The notes below the pieces were generated by a model. It was not told the DNA's origin. It worked only from the letters and a program-made list of their open reading frames with translations, and did no database searches. The translations under genes and the position numbers were made by a program. Below, one piece after another: positions 29,286-37,187 of a stretch of 63,223 bases of DNA. The DNA is from Clostridium sp. CAG:245. Lineage in GTDB: Bacteria > Bacillota > Clostridia > TANB77 > CAG-508. The stretch is from the NCBI GenBank assembly GCA_000435175.1, contig FR880072.1, positions 19,114 through 82,336 on the forward strand, given 5' to 3'. Within the stretch, counting starts at the first letter, position 1. Each line of letters opens with the position of its first letter.

Positions 29286-30641
29286 TTAAAGAATTTCGAG
29301 TGCCTCCTGTGCCAGCTTGCCTCTCACAGATTTCTTGCTGTTGAGAGTAACCTGGAAGGTATGCGGATTGCCCTTCATCTTCTCGCTCAAATAGACCAAA
29401 CCATTATAGCGAGAGTTGAGTTCAGGATTGTTAACCTGGTCAGGGTCTCCCAAGAAGATAAACTTCGAACCTTCGGCCGAACGAGTAACAATATCCTTGA
29501 TGTCGCACGGTTTCACATTCTGCGTCTCATCAATAATAAACACAGTATGAGTAATTGTGCGACCACGCAGGAAACCAATCGGCTGAATCTCAATGTCTCC
29601 TCTTTCAAAGAATTCCTGAGCCTTCTTCTTCAGCTGAGCATTGGTAAAATCCGGGAACTTCGGACGAAGAATCTCCTTCAGATTGTCCAAGATACCTCCA
29701 AGATACGGACCGACCTTGTCGTCAATTTCACCAGGCAAGAAGCCAATTTCCTCATTGCCAACAGTAACAGTCGGAGTAGCAACAATAATCTGCTTATAAG
29801 ACACTCTGTTTTTGTCTCCCTTCTTTTCAAGGGAACTCAGAGCCATCGCCAAAGAGCAGTAAGTTTTGCCAGTACCGGCAACACCCTTCACAACTACCAA
29901 AGGTGCAATATCAGGAGGTGTTAGCAGCGATTCCCAGAACATGTCCTGCTCATTATTGAGCGACTTATGCATAACATTTTTGTAATACTGCAAACGAATA
30001 ATCCTGCCATTGGTATAACGACCAATAAGACCGGAATGCTCTCCGTTTATCACAACAAACTGGTTTTCCACCCACTCGTAATTCTCGTACTGCTGAACCT
30101 CCTCAACAGGAACACCATTTTCATCAGTGAACAGTCTGTCCAATGCTTCGCCCTGAATAAAGATTTCAGCTTTTCCGGTGTACTGGTCACAGGGCTTGGG
30201 GAAGATTTCATCCTTAAACAGCTCTGTGGTAATGCCCAGCTGATTGCCCTTCAACCGAATGTTCGGGTTTTTGGAAATCAGAATAACTTTCTCATTATTT
30301 GCCATCAGGTCTTTGCAAACCTGATAAACTCTGTGGTCAAGCCGAGAAAAGTCCGCAAGGTTTGCAATCTCCGCAGAAATAGGACCGTTATCCACAACTC
30401 GCAGACGGCTACCGTTACTCTGTTCAAAACCTTTTTCAGAAAGCAAATCCTTCTGCGGGATGTTGTCAATGTACTCAATCAGCTGGCTTGCCAAACTTTT
30501 CTTTTCAGGCACACCATTGTACCGATAAAGATTCTGCAAAATCGCCATAGGGATAACAATAGTATTGTCATCACCAAACCTCAAAGTAGGATTTTTTGAG
30601 GCCAACAACGACTCAGTTCTCAAGACAAATACTTTTTTCAT
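29286..30641 (-). CDS. PhoH2/YlaK-type protein: degenerate N-terminal PIN-like domain plus PhoH P-loop ATPase
   Basis: Contains Walker A GVAGTGKT, Walker B FIIDETQN, GDPDQV and the NNEQDMFWESLL linker. I placed the start at ATG 30641, 10 nt after AAGGAG. The gene is GC-rich relative to the host (27/60 in line 29401-29460). Confidence 0.8.
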   Translation of the reverse strand: MKKVFVLRTESLLASKNPTLRFGDDNTIVIPMAILQNLYRYNGVPEKKSLASQLIEYIDNIPQKDLLSEKGFEQSNGSRLRVVDNGPISAEIANLADFSRLDHRVYQVCKDLMANNEKVILISKNPNIRLKGNQLGITTELFKDEIFPKPCDQYTGKAEIFIQGEALDRLFTDENGVPVEEVQQYENYEWVENQFVVINGEHSGLIGRYTNGRIIRLQYYKNVMHKSLNNEQDMFWESLLTPPDIAPLVVVKGVAGTGKTYCSLAMALSSLEKKGDKNRVSYKQIIVATPTVTVGNEEIGFLPGEIDDKVGPYLGGILDNLKEILRPKFPDFTNAQLKKKAQEFFERGDIEIQPIGFLRGRTITHTVFIIDETQNVKPCDIKDIVTRSAEGSKFIFLGDPDQVNNPELNSRYNGLVYLSEKMKGNPHTFQVTLNSKKSVRGKLAQEALEIL

Positions 30642-30717
30642 TTGTATTATACTCCTTTGCAAATTGTGTTCTGAATATAGTGTACTTCAGAACTTTGTGT
30701 GTATTCGAACTTCTTAC

Positions 30718-30746
30718 ATTATATCACGCAAAGACCCATTTTTCAA
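30718..30746 (-). promoter_or_regulatory. Promoter of the PhoH2-like gene
   Basis: The reverse strand reads TTGAAA (30741-30746), a 17-nt spacer, then TATAAT (30718-30723) preceded by TGA. Confidence 0.6.
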
Positions 30747-30903
30747 CAATTTACATAATATTTTTGACTTGTTTTTTACGAATCACACCCACTTTATTTA
30801 TTTGCAATAAGTGTAGTTTGCACTATTTATAATAAATTTATTTTTATAACATTTGCAACTCAGTTCAAACTGTAAATAGTAACATTTGTTTATATATTAA
30901 CAA

Positions 30904-30930
30904 CTAAGGCTCCCATACTAGGAGCCTTAG
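30904..30930 (-). terminator. Hairpin after the beta-CASP gene (weak T tract)
   Basis: CTAAGGCTCC-catacta-GGAGCCTTAG lies 18 nt after the stop codon. In the transcribed direction it is followed by TTGTTAAT. Confidence 0.5.
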
Positions 30931-30947
30931 CATTTTTACGAATTATT

Positions 30948-32366
30948 TTATTCAAACTTGGTAGACATGCTCTTTACAAGTCCATCATGATTCACACGGA
31001 AGAAATAGCCACATCCTAAAATACCAACTCTATCTGTATCTACTTCATTGATAATCCTTTCTGCAAAAATTTGCTTTGTATCCGCCTCACCGTGGTTTAC
31101 AAGTACAAGCTCAAGGTGTTTGAACTTCTTGAGAAAGTCAATCATCTCATCAGCTTTTGCATGTGCAGAGTATTCAGTAGTATATTCCACCTGTGCCCTT
31201 TTCTTTACAAGAGTTCCTCCAATTTGCACAGGAGTTCCTACCTCAGCTTCTTTAAGCCTTGCTCCCAGAGTACCTTCTGCAGTATAACCAGTAAAGTGAA
31301 TTAAGGCATTTTCCCGGGTTAAATACTCCGGAATATACACCTGTGCAGGTCCATATGAGCCCATACCGGAAGAAGTCAAAATAATTTTTGCTTCCTCACT
31401 TTCCAATATTTCCGCCCTACTTGTTCTATCGACAAAAGTTAAATTTTCCGGCAAGAAATTCCACATTTCTTCCTTAATATCCAGCCCATCTTTAATATAC
31501 ATGTTCGTATATCTAATTGTAAGCTTTCCATCAAGAAAAATAGGAACTTTAACACTCAGCTGACAATTTTCTTGCATGCATTTAATCTCATACAAGATTT
31601 CTTGCGCTCGTCCAAGAGAAAATACAGGTGCAACCACAGTGCCTCCTTTATTGATGCTTTTAAGCACGTTTTCGGCAAAGCACTTAGTAATCTCGCTGGA
31701 TTCCATATTTCCATACGTTGACTCTTGAATAACTGTTAAGGGCAACTCCACAACCCATTTTGGCAGCTCAGGAACATCAAAAAACATATTCTTGTTATTA
31801 TAGTCTCCCGTGAAAAACAAGTTAATGTTTTCATACCCATCACTTGCAATTTGCACCAAAATGCTTGTAGCCCCCATAAGATGACCATTCCTAAAAAAGG
31901 TCGCCTTAATATTAGGACGAATTTGAATGGTTTCCTCGTAATCGCAACCATGGACAAGCTTAATTGTTTGAGTTACATCTCCTTCGTTATACAAACTCGG
32001 ATGGTTCTGCCGTTTTGCAACATCTTTCAGAACTCGGTAGCTGTCCTCCAATGCCAACGGCAAAAGTTTTGCGGTGGTTTTACTCATATAAATTTCCTTA
32101 TCATACCCCTTATTTACCAAAAAAGGTAAACGACCAGTATGATCTACATGATTATGAGTAACCAGGCAAAAATCAATATTAGCAGGATTAAAAGGCAAAA
32201 CTTCATTATTCTTGCTGTACTGCCTTTCCTGGAAAAGACCACAGTCAACAACAAATTTGACCGTACTATTATCTGGCTGTTTTACAATAATCAGATTGCA
32301 TGAGCCAGTTACCTCTGGATGCACAGCCATTATGTCTACATAGAATCTCCGTTCTTTTGAAATCAT
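30948..32366 (-). CDS. Beta-CASP family metallo-beta-lactamase nuclease (RNA-specificity-domain type)
   Basis: Contains HNHVDH (motif 2), NGHLMG, FTGDY, ESTYG (beta-CASP motif A), EYSAHAKADEM (motif B) and VNHGE (motif C). The start at ATG 32366 is 7 nt after GGAGGA. Line 31201-31260 is 25/60 G+C. Confidence 0.8.
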   Translation of the reverse strand: MISKERRFYVDIMAVHPEVTGSCNLIIVKQPDNSTVKFVVDCGLFQERQYSKNNEVLPFNPANIDFCLVTHNHVDHTGRLPFLVNKGYDKEIYMSKTTAKLLPLALEDSYRVLKDVAKRQNHPSLYNEGDVTQTIKLVHGCDYEETIQIRPNIKATFFRNGHLMGATSILVQIASDGYENINLFFTGDYNNKNMFFDVPELPKWVVELPLTVIQESTYGNMESSEITKCFAENVLKSINKGGTVVAPVFSLGRAQEILYEIKCMQENCQLSVKVPIFLDGKLTIRYTNMYIKDGLDIKEEMWNFLPENLTFVDRTSRAEILESEEAKIILTSSGMGSYGPAQVYIPEYLTRENALIHFTGYTAEGTLGARLKEAEVGTPVQIGGTLVKKRAQVEYTTEYSAHAKADEMIDFLKKFKHLELVLVNHGEADTKQIFAERIINEVDTDRVGILGCGYFFRVNHDGLVKSMSTKFE

Positions 32367-32435
32367 AAAATAATCCTCCATTTCATGATAAAGTTATTAA
32401 ACTCTAAAATGTTTTTTCAAACATTTTTCATTTTC

Positions 32436-32464
32436 ATTCTACTACATCATATAGCCATAGTCAA
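32436..32464 (-). promoter_or_regulatory. Promoter of the beta-CASP gene
   Basis: The reverse strand reads TTGACT (32459-32464), a 17-nt spacer, then TAGAAT (32436-32441). Confidence 0.55.
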
Positions 32465-32511
32465 TAAAAATCGCCCACAAAATAGACAGCCTTTAGTAGC
32501 AGATTTTTTAA

Positions 32512-32631
32512 GATTTACAAAAACAATTTTAAATTTTGAAAAATAATGTCAAGCTCGCCTTTTGAGGAGCCCAAAGGCTCCGACCAAGAGCGCCGTACCG
32601 AAATTTTTCAAAATTAAATTGTTCTTGCAAA
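32512..32631. repeat. Long imperfect palindrome with a GC-rich apex
   Basis: The arms are acaattttaaattttgaaaaat (32523-32544) and atttttcaaaattaaattgt (32603-32622). They enclose about 58 nt that contain a GGAGCC-caaa-GGCTCC hairpin. Confidence 0.6.
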
Positions 32632-32637
32632 GGAAAA

Positions 32638-32670
32638 ATCGCCCAAAAAGGTGCGTCCCCTTTGGGCGAT
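32638..32670 (-). terminator. 33-nt GC-rich hairpin element, copy B; acts as the lysS terminator
   Basis: atcgcccaaaaaggtgcgtcccctttgggcgat lies 8 nt after the lysS stop. It is the only copy followed by a T tract in the transcribed orientation. Confidence 0.75.
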
Positions 32671-32678
32671 TTTTGTTA

Positions 32679-34169
32679 TTAGTCTTCACTTTCTTCTGCT
32701 GCTCTTGGTTTCATTAATGGGTATAAAACTACATCTCTTATGTTATCACTGTTTGTTAAGAATTGTAAGAATCTATCTATTCCAAGTCCCCAACCAGAGA
32801 TTGGTGGCATACCATATTGCATAGCTCTTATATATTCTGTATCTATACTCATGGCCTCTTCATCACCATTAGCCTTTAATTCAGCCTGCTCTATAAATCT
32901 TTTTTCTTGTTCGTCACAGTCTACAAGCTCTGAATATCCATTTATTATTTCTTGTCCATTTACTACTAATTGGAATCTGTCTGTCAATTTTGGATTTTCA
33001 TCATTGCTTCTAGCAAGTGGAGATAAATCTATTGGGTGTTCAATTAGATATGTTGGGTTTATTATGTTTGGTCTACTTACTTTTTTGTATAATGTATCTA
33101 TTAAATTTCCTCTTCCTAATTGTTCTAAGTTGTCTGCCTCTAGTTTTATTCCTTTCGCTTTTATTTCTGCAAGTAAGCTTTCTGCTGTTTCGAATTTGTC
33201 AATATCTATTCCACAGTCTTTAAGTATTAAATCTCTGAATGATACTACTTGCCATTCTCCACCAAAGTCAATTTCTTGTTCTCCAATTTTGATATTTAAG
33301 TTTCCATCGAATAATTTTGATAATATGTATATAATCATTTCTTTTAAGAATTTCATATTATCTCTATAGCACCAATAAGCACTATATCCTTCAACCATTG
33401 TGAAGTCTTGTAAATGGTTTGCATCCATTCCCTCATTTCTGAAGTCTCTTGCAATTTCATACACATTTGAAAATCCACCAATTATAAGTTTTTTTAATGT
33501 TAATTCTGGAGATATTCTTAAATATACGTCCATATCTAATGCATTATGGTGTGTTATGAATGGTTTTGCAGTTGCTCCAGAAGCTGTATTTTGAAGAACT
33601 GGTGTATCTACCTCTAAGAATTCATGTGTATCTAAGAACTCTCTCATTAATCTGATAAACTTTGTTCTTAGTACAAATCTCTTTTTAGCATCATCGTTCA
33701 TTATTAAATCAAGATGTCTCTCTCTGTATACTGCATCTTGGTCTGTTAAACCATGGAATTTTTCTGGAAGTGGACGTATTGCCTTTCCCAAGAATGTGTA
33801 TTCATAAACTTGAAGTGATTTTTCTCCAGCTTGAGTTGTAAATATTTCTCCTTTTACTCCAATGAAGTCACCTATATCAACTGTTTCGTGTAAGAATTTA
33901 TATACATCTTCTCCTAAATCTTCTTTTTTAATAACTAGTTGAAGATGTCCCTCTAAATCCCTTAGATCTATGAAACTTATTTTTCCTAATTTTCTCTTAG
34001 ACATTACTCTTCCAGCAATTGAAACATCTTTTGTTCCATCTGGTAATTCTCTTGCTTCTTTAATTTGATGTGTTCTCTCATATCTCTCTGGATGTACGTT
34101 TACACCATTATCTATTAGCTTTTGCATTTTATCTCTACGTACTTGCATTAATTCTTTTATGTCTGCCAT
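32679..34169 (-). CDS. lysS: Lysyl-tRNA synthetase (class II)
   Basis: About 496 aa containing RERHLDLIMN, FRNEGMD and GLGIDRF motifs. The ATG at 34169 has better RBS spacing than the TTG at 34178. Confidence 0.93.
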   Translation of the reverse strand: MADIKELMQVRRDKMQKLIDNGVNVHPERYERTHQIKEARELPDGTKDVSIAGRVMSKRKLGKISFIDLRDLEGHLQLVIKKEDLGEDVYKFLHETVDIGDFIGVKGEIFTTQAGEKSLQVYEYTFLGKAIRPLPEKFHGLTDQDAVYRERHLDLIMNDDAKKRFVLRTKFIRLMREFLDTHEFLEVDTPVLQNTASGATAKPFITHHNALDMDVYLRISPELTLKKLIIGGFSNVYEIARDFRNEGMDANHLQDFTMVEGYSAYWCYRDNMKFLKEMIIYILSKLFDGNLNIKIGEQEIDFGGEWQVVSFRDLILKDCGIDIDKFETAESLLAEIKAKGIKLEADNLEQLGRGNLIDTLYKKVSRPNIINPTYLIEHPIDLSPLARSNDENPKLTDRFQLVVNGQEIINGYSELVDCDEQEKRFIEQAELKANGDEEAMSIDTEYIRAMQYGMPPISGWGLGIDRFLQFLTNSDNIRDVVLYPLMKPRAAEESED

Positions 34170-34255
34170 ATTTAACAACCCTTTCTAAAAAGCAAAGTTC
34201 TTATATTTACAAAACTTTGCATTTTCTCTTTAAAATTATGTAACCATTATATTAC

Positions 34256-34286
34256 AAAAAGCCTTGTGCGTCAAGGCTTTTCTTTT
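34256..34286. terminator. Bidirectional hairpin terminator after the phosphorylase gene
   Basis: AAAAAGCCTTG-tgcgt-CAAGGCTTTTCTTTT. Confidence 0.75.
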
Positions 34287-34293
34287 GGTCTAA

Positions 34294-36864
34294 TTATTTT
34301 GTTATCCATTTTACTAAATCCAAGTTTGCTGGGTCTAATAACATTTCATTTTTAGGCATTACTCTAAATGTATAACCATAGTTTCCGCCAGTTGTAAGTT
34401 CAACTGTTGCTTCATACTCATATTCTTTCTTTTCATCGTCACTGCCTATTAAATTCATAGGTATTATTTGAATTTTATCAACTATACCATTTTCCATTAT
34501 TTGCCCATAGTAAACTTGTGCTTCTATAGAGTTTTTATCAATGTTTGGTAGATATACTTTACATCTAACTGTAATGTTGTTTCCAGCATCTACTGTAATA
34601 TTATCTAAGTTACCCTTTTCTTGTTTTATTGTTATATCATTCCAGTTCGAATATAAATTGTTTTTCCAACTATTAAATTCTGCAACTGATGATAAATCTG
34701 TGTAATATTTGTTGTACAAATTGCAAAGTGGCATGTAAAATTTATTTGTATAATCTATAAGCATTCTAGCAGTGCTGTATCTTCCAGCATTAGACATTAT
34801 AGATTGCTTCATTATTTCCATCCATCTCTTAGATATTCCGTTTTCGTCTTTATCAAAGAATGTTGGAATTATTTTATTTTCTAATGTTTGATAAATGCTC
34901 TCGCTATCAGCATTATCTTGTTCTTCATAAGAAGAATATTCTGCATTGGTTCCTATTGTCCAACCATTTTTCTGGTTGTATCCTTCTGCCCACCAGCCAT
35001 CAAGCACGCTAAAGTTTATAACGCCATTTACAGCTGCCTTTTGTCCAGATGTACCAGATGCTTCCATTGGTCTTCTTGGATTATTTAGCCATACATCAAC
35101 ACCACTTACTAAATATTTAGATATACCTATATTGTAGTTTTCAAGTAAGAAAATCTTACCTTTAAATTGAGGCTTCATAGATAATTCGTGAATATATCTT
35201 ATTAAATCTTTTCCTCCGTTATCTGATGGATGTGCCTTGCCTGCAAATATTATTTGAACTGGTTTTCCAGCCTCATTTAATATTTGTGTTATTCTCTCTA
35301 AATCTTTGAATATTAAAGTAGCTCTCTTATATGTAGCAAATCTTCTAGAAAATCCTATTGTTAAAGCATTTGGATCTAATTTTGATGTGATATCATTTAT
35401 ATCACTATAACGATATCCCTCTCTTTTTAATCTATTTGTTATATTTTCTTTTACCAATTTTAAAAGCTTAACTTTTCTTTCCATATGAGCATTCCATAAT
35501 TCTTGGTCTGGAATGTCTGCAATCTTCTGCCAGGTTGCATCATTTTTGATATCATCTTGCCAATATGGTTTTAAATATTCATTATATAATCTCTTTAAAT
35601 TTGGTGCTAGCCATGTGCAAGTGTGAATTCCGTTTGTTACATAATCTATTGGAGCTTCATTTGGGGCTATGTTTGGCCATACCTCTCCAAATAATTCTCT
35701 CGAAACCGCACCATGTAATTTACTTACTCCATTCTTCTTTCCAGAGAATTTTAAAGCAAGAATTCCCATGTTAAATCCAGTATTAGATAAATCTGCATTT
35801 GGCTTCATTCCTAATCTGAAAAATTCTTCTTTGGTAATAGAAAATCTATTCCAATAATCTTTAAAATAAGTTTCAACTAAAGATAGTGGGAATATATCAT
35901 TTCCTGCTGGAACTGGTGTATGAGTTGTAAATACTGTTTTTGCAGCAACAATCTCCTCTGCCATATCGAAACTTACTTGTTTCTCTTTAATAATATTCTT
36001 CATTAATTCTAATATTAAGAAAGCAGAATGTCCTTCATTCATATGATATACAGTAGGATTTAATCCTAAAGTTTTTAGAAGACTTGTTCCAGCCATTCCA
36101 AGAACAATTTCTTGTTGGATTCTCATTTCTTGGTTTCCACCATATAAATGAGCTGTTATACCTCTGTATTCAGGAATGTTTGCATCTATATCAGAATCCA
36201 TTAAATATAGTTTAACTCTTCCAACATTAACTTGCCAAACCTTTAGATAAACTCTTTTTTTAGGCATATTTACATACACTAATAAATCTTTGCCTTCTAC
36301 ATCTTTTACAGGATATATTGGTAGAGTATCTATATCATTTTCTCTATCTTCTTCATATTGTTGTCCATAACCATTTATAATTTGATGGAAAAATCCTTTT
36401 TTATATAATAATCCAACAGCCACAAGTGGTATACCTAAATCACTTGCTGACTTCAAGTGGTCTCCTGATAAAATTCCAAGTCCCCCAGAATATATTGATA
36501 AAATTTGGTCTAATCCATATTCTGCTGAAAAATATGCAATCAAATCATTCTTATTATCTGGATAATTTTTCTTAAACCATGTTGATTTACTATTCATGTA
36601 GTCATAAAAATCATTTGCAATTTTATCATATTCCTTCAAAAACTCTGGATTTTCGGCTACTTTTTCCAATCTCTCCTGTGAAACAAGTTTTAAAAACTTA
36701 ACAGGATTCTTTCCAACAGTCTCCCATAAATCACCATCAATTATCTTAAATAATTTTAAGAAGTCTGTATTCCAAGCCCACCATAGGTTACCAGCAATTT
36801 CAGACAATTTATTAATTCTTTCTGGTAGTTGTGGAGTTACTGTTATTTTATTAAATACGTACAT
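34294..36864 (-). CDS. glgP: Alpha-glucan (glycogen/maltodextrin) phosphorylase, GT35 family
   Basis: Contains GGLGILSGDHLKSASDLGIPLV and EASGTSGQKAAVNG (pyridoxal-phosphate Lys region). The start is at ATG 36864, behind GAAGGAGGA. Confidence 0.88.
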   Translation of the reverse strand: MYVFNKITVTPQLPERINKLSEIAGNLWWAWNTDFLKLFKIIDGDLWETVGKNPVKFLKLVSQERLEKVAENPEFLKEYDKIANDFYDYMNSKSTWFKKNYPDNKNDLIAYFSAEYGLDQILSIYSGGLGILSGDHLKSASDLGIPLVAVGLLYKKGFFHQIINGYGQQYEEDRENDIDTLPIYPVKDVEGKDLLVYVNMPKKRVYLKVWQVNVGRVKLYLMDSDIDANIPEYRGITAHLYGGNQEMRIQQEIVLGMAGTSLLKTLGLNPTVYHMNEGHSAFLILELMKNIIKEKQVSFDMAEEIVAAKTVFTTHTPVPAGNDIFPLSLVETYFKDYWNRFSITKEEFFRLGMKPNADLSNTGFNMGILALKFSGKKNGVSKLHGAVSRELFGEVWPNIAPNEAPIDYVTNGIHTCTWLAPNLKRLYNEYLKPYWQDDIKNDATWQKIADIPDQELWNAHMERKVKLLKLVKENITNRLKREGYRYSDINDITSKLDPNALTIGFSRRFATYKRATLIFKDLERITQILNEAGKPVQIIFAGKAHPSDNGGKDLIRYIHELSMKPQFKGKIFLLENYNIGISKYLVSGVDVWLNNPRRPMEASGTSGQKAAVNGVINFSVLDGWWAEGYNQKNGWTIGTNAEYSSYEEQDNADSESIYQTLENKIIPTFFDKDENGISKRWMEIMKQSIMSNAGRYSTARMLIDYTNKFYMPLCNLYNKYYTDLSSVAEFNSWKNNLYSNWNDITIKQEKGNLDNITVDAGNNITVRCKVYLPNIDKNSIEAQVYYGQIMENGIVDKIQIIPMNLIGSDDEKKEYEYEATVELTTGGNYGYTFRVMPKNEMLLDPANLDLVKWITK

Positions 36865-37187
36865 TAAATTTCCTCCTTCGTAACTTATCAAATTCATCTC
36901 ATCGTTTAATATCATCATTCTATATTATGTATTAACAAACAGAAATTGTCAAACCTTTTTGACAATTTTTTTAAATTTAACGAAAAAATTTTTTCTTAAT
37001 TTTTAGACTCTAAATTAGTTCTAATTATATTTACTAAACTTTATTTTTTAAAGTCACTTTAAATTCATATTCTATATGTTATAATATATTTAGTAAAATT
37101 AACATTGCAGAAAATATTTACAAAAATATTTAATAAAGATTTTTTCAATAATACTATTTAATATAATTTGAAAGGGATGAATTTTAT

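Noticed and set aside
29361-30599. Two long plus-strand ORFs (187 aa at 29361-29924 and 210 aa at 29967-30599) inside the islet
   Set aside because: They lie antisense to the PhoH2-like gene, which has clear Walker motifs. Their translations are low-complexity with no RBS or motif. Long antisense ORFs are expected by chance when a GC-richer gene sits in this frame context.
28889-32678. Calling the islet a mobile element, prophage remnant or a known defence system
   Set aside because: No integrase, transposase, recombinase, phage structural gene or clean terminal repeats can be seen. Neither gene matches a defence family I can name. The islet is therefore reported only as a candidate module, not as a mobile_element feature.
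32740-33369. 209-aa plus-strand ORF
   Set aside because: It is antisense to lysS, whose class II synthetase motifs are unambiguous. It is Ser/Phe/Ile-rich, typical of the reverse frame of an AT-rich gene. The same reasoning applies to 42370-42900 (antisense to the acyl-CoA ligase), 44800-45228 (antisense to mreB) and the many 60-110-aa antisense ORFs in the track.
36946-36970. Hairpin ATTGTCAAA...TTTGACAAT followed by a T-run upstream of the phosphorylase gene
   Set aside because: No plus-strand gene ends there for it to terminate. On the minus strand one arm supplies the TTGACA -35 of a TTGACA-17-CATAAT promoter, so it is most simply a promoter-overlapping palindrome.
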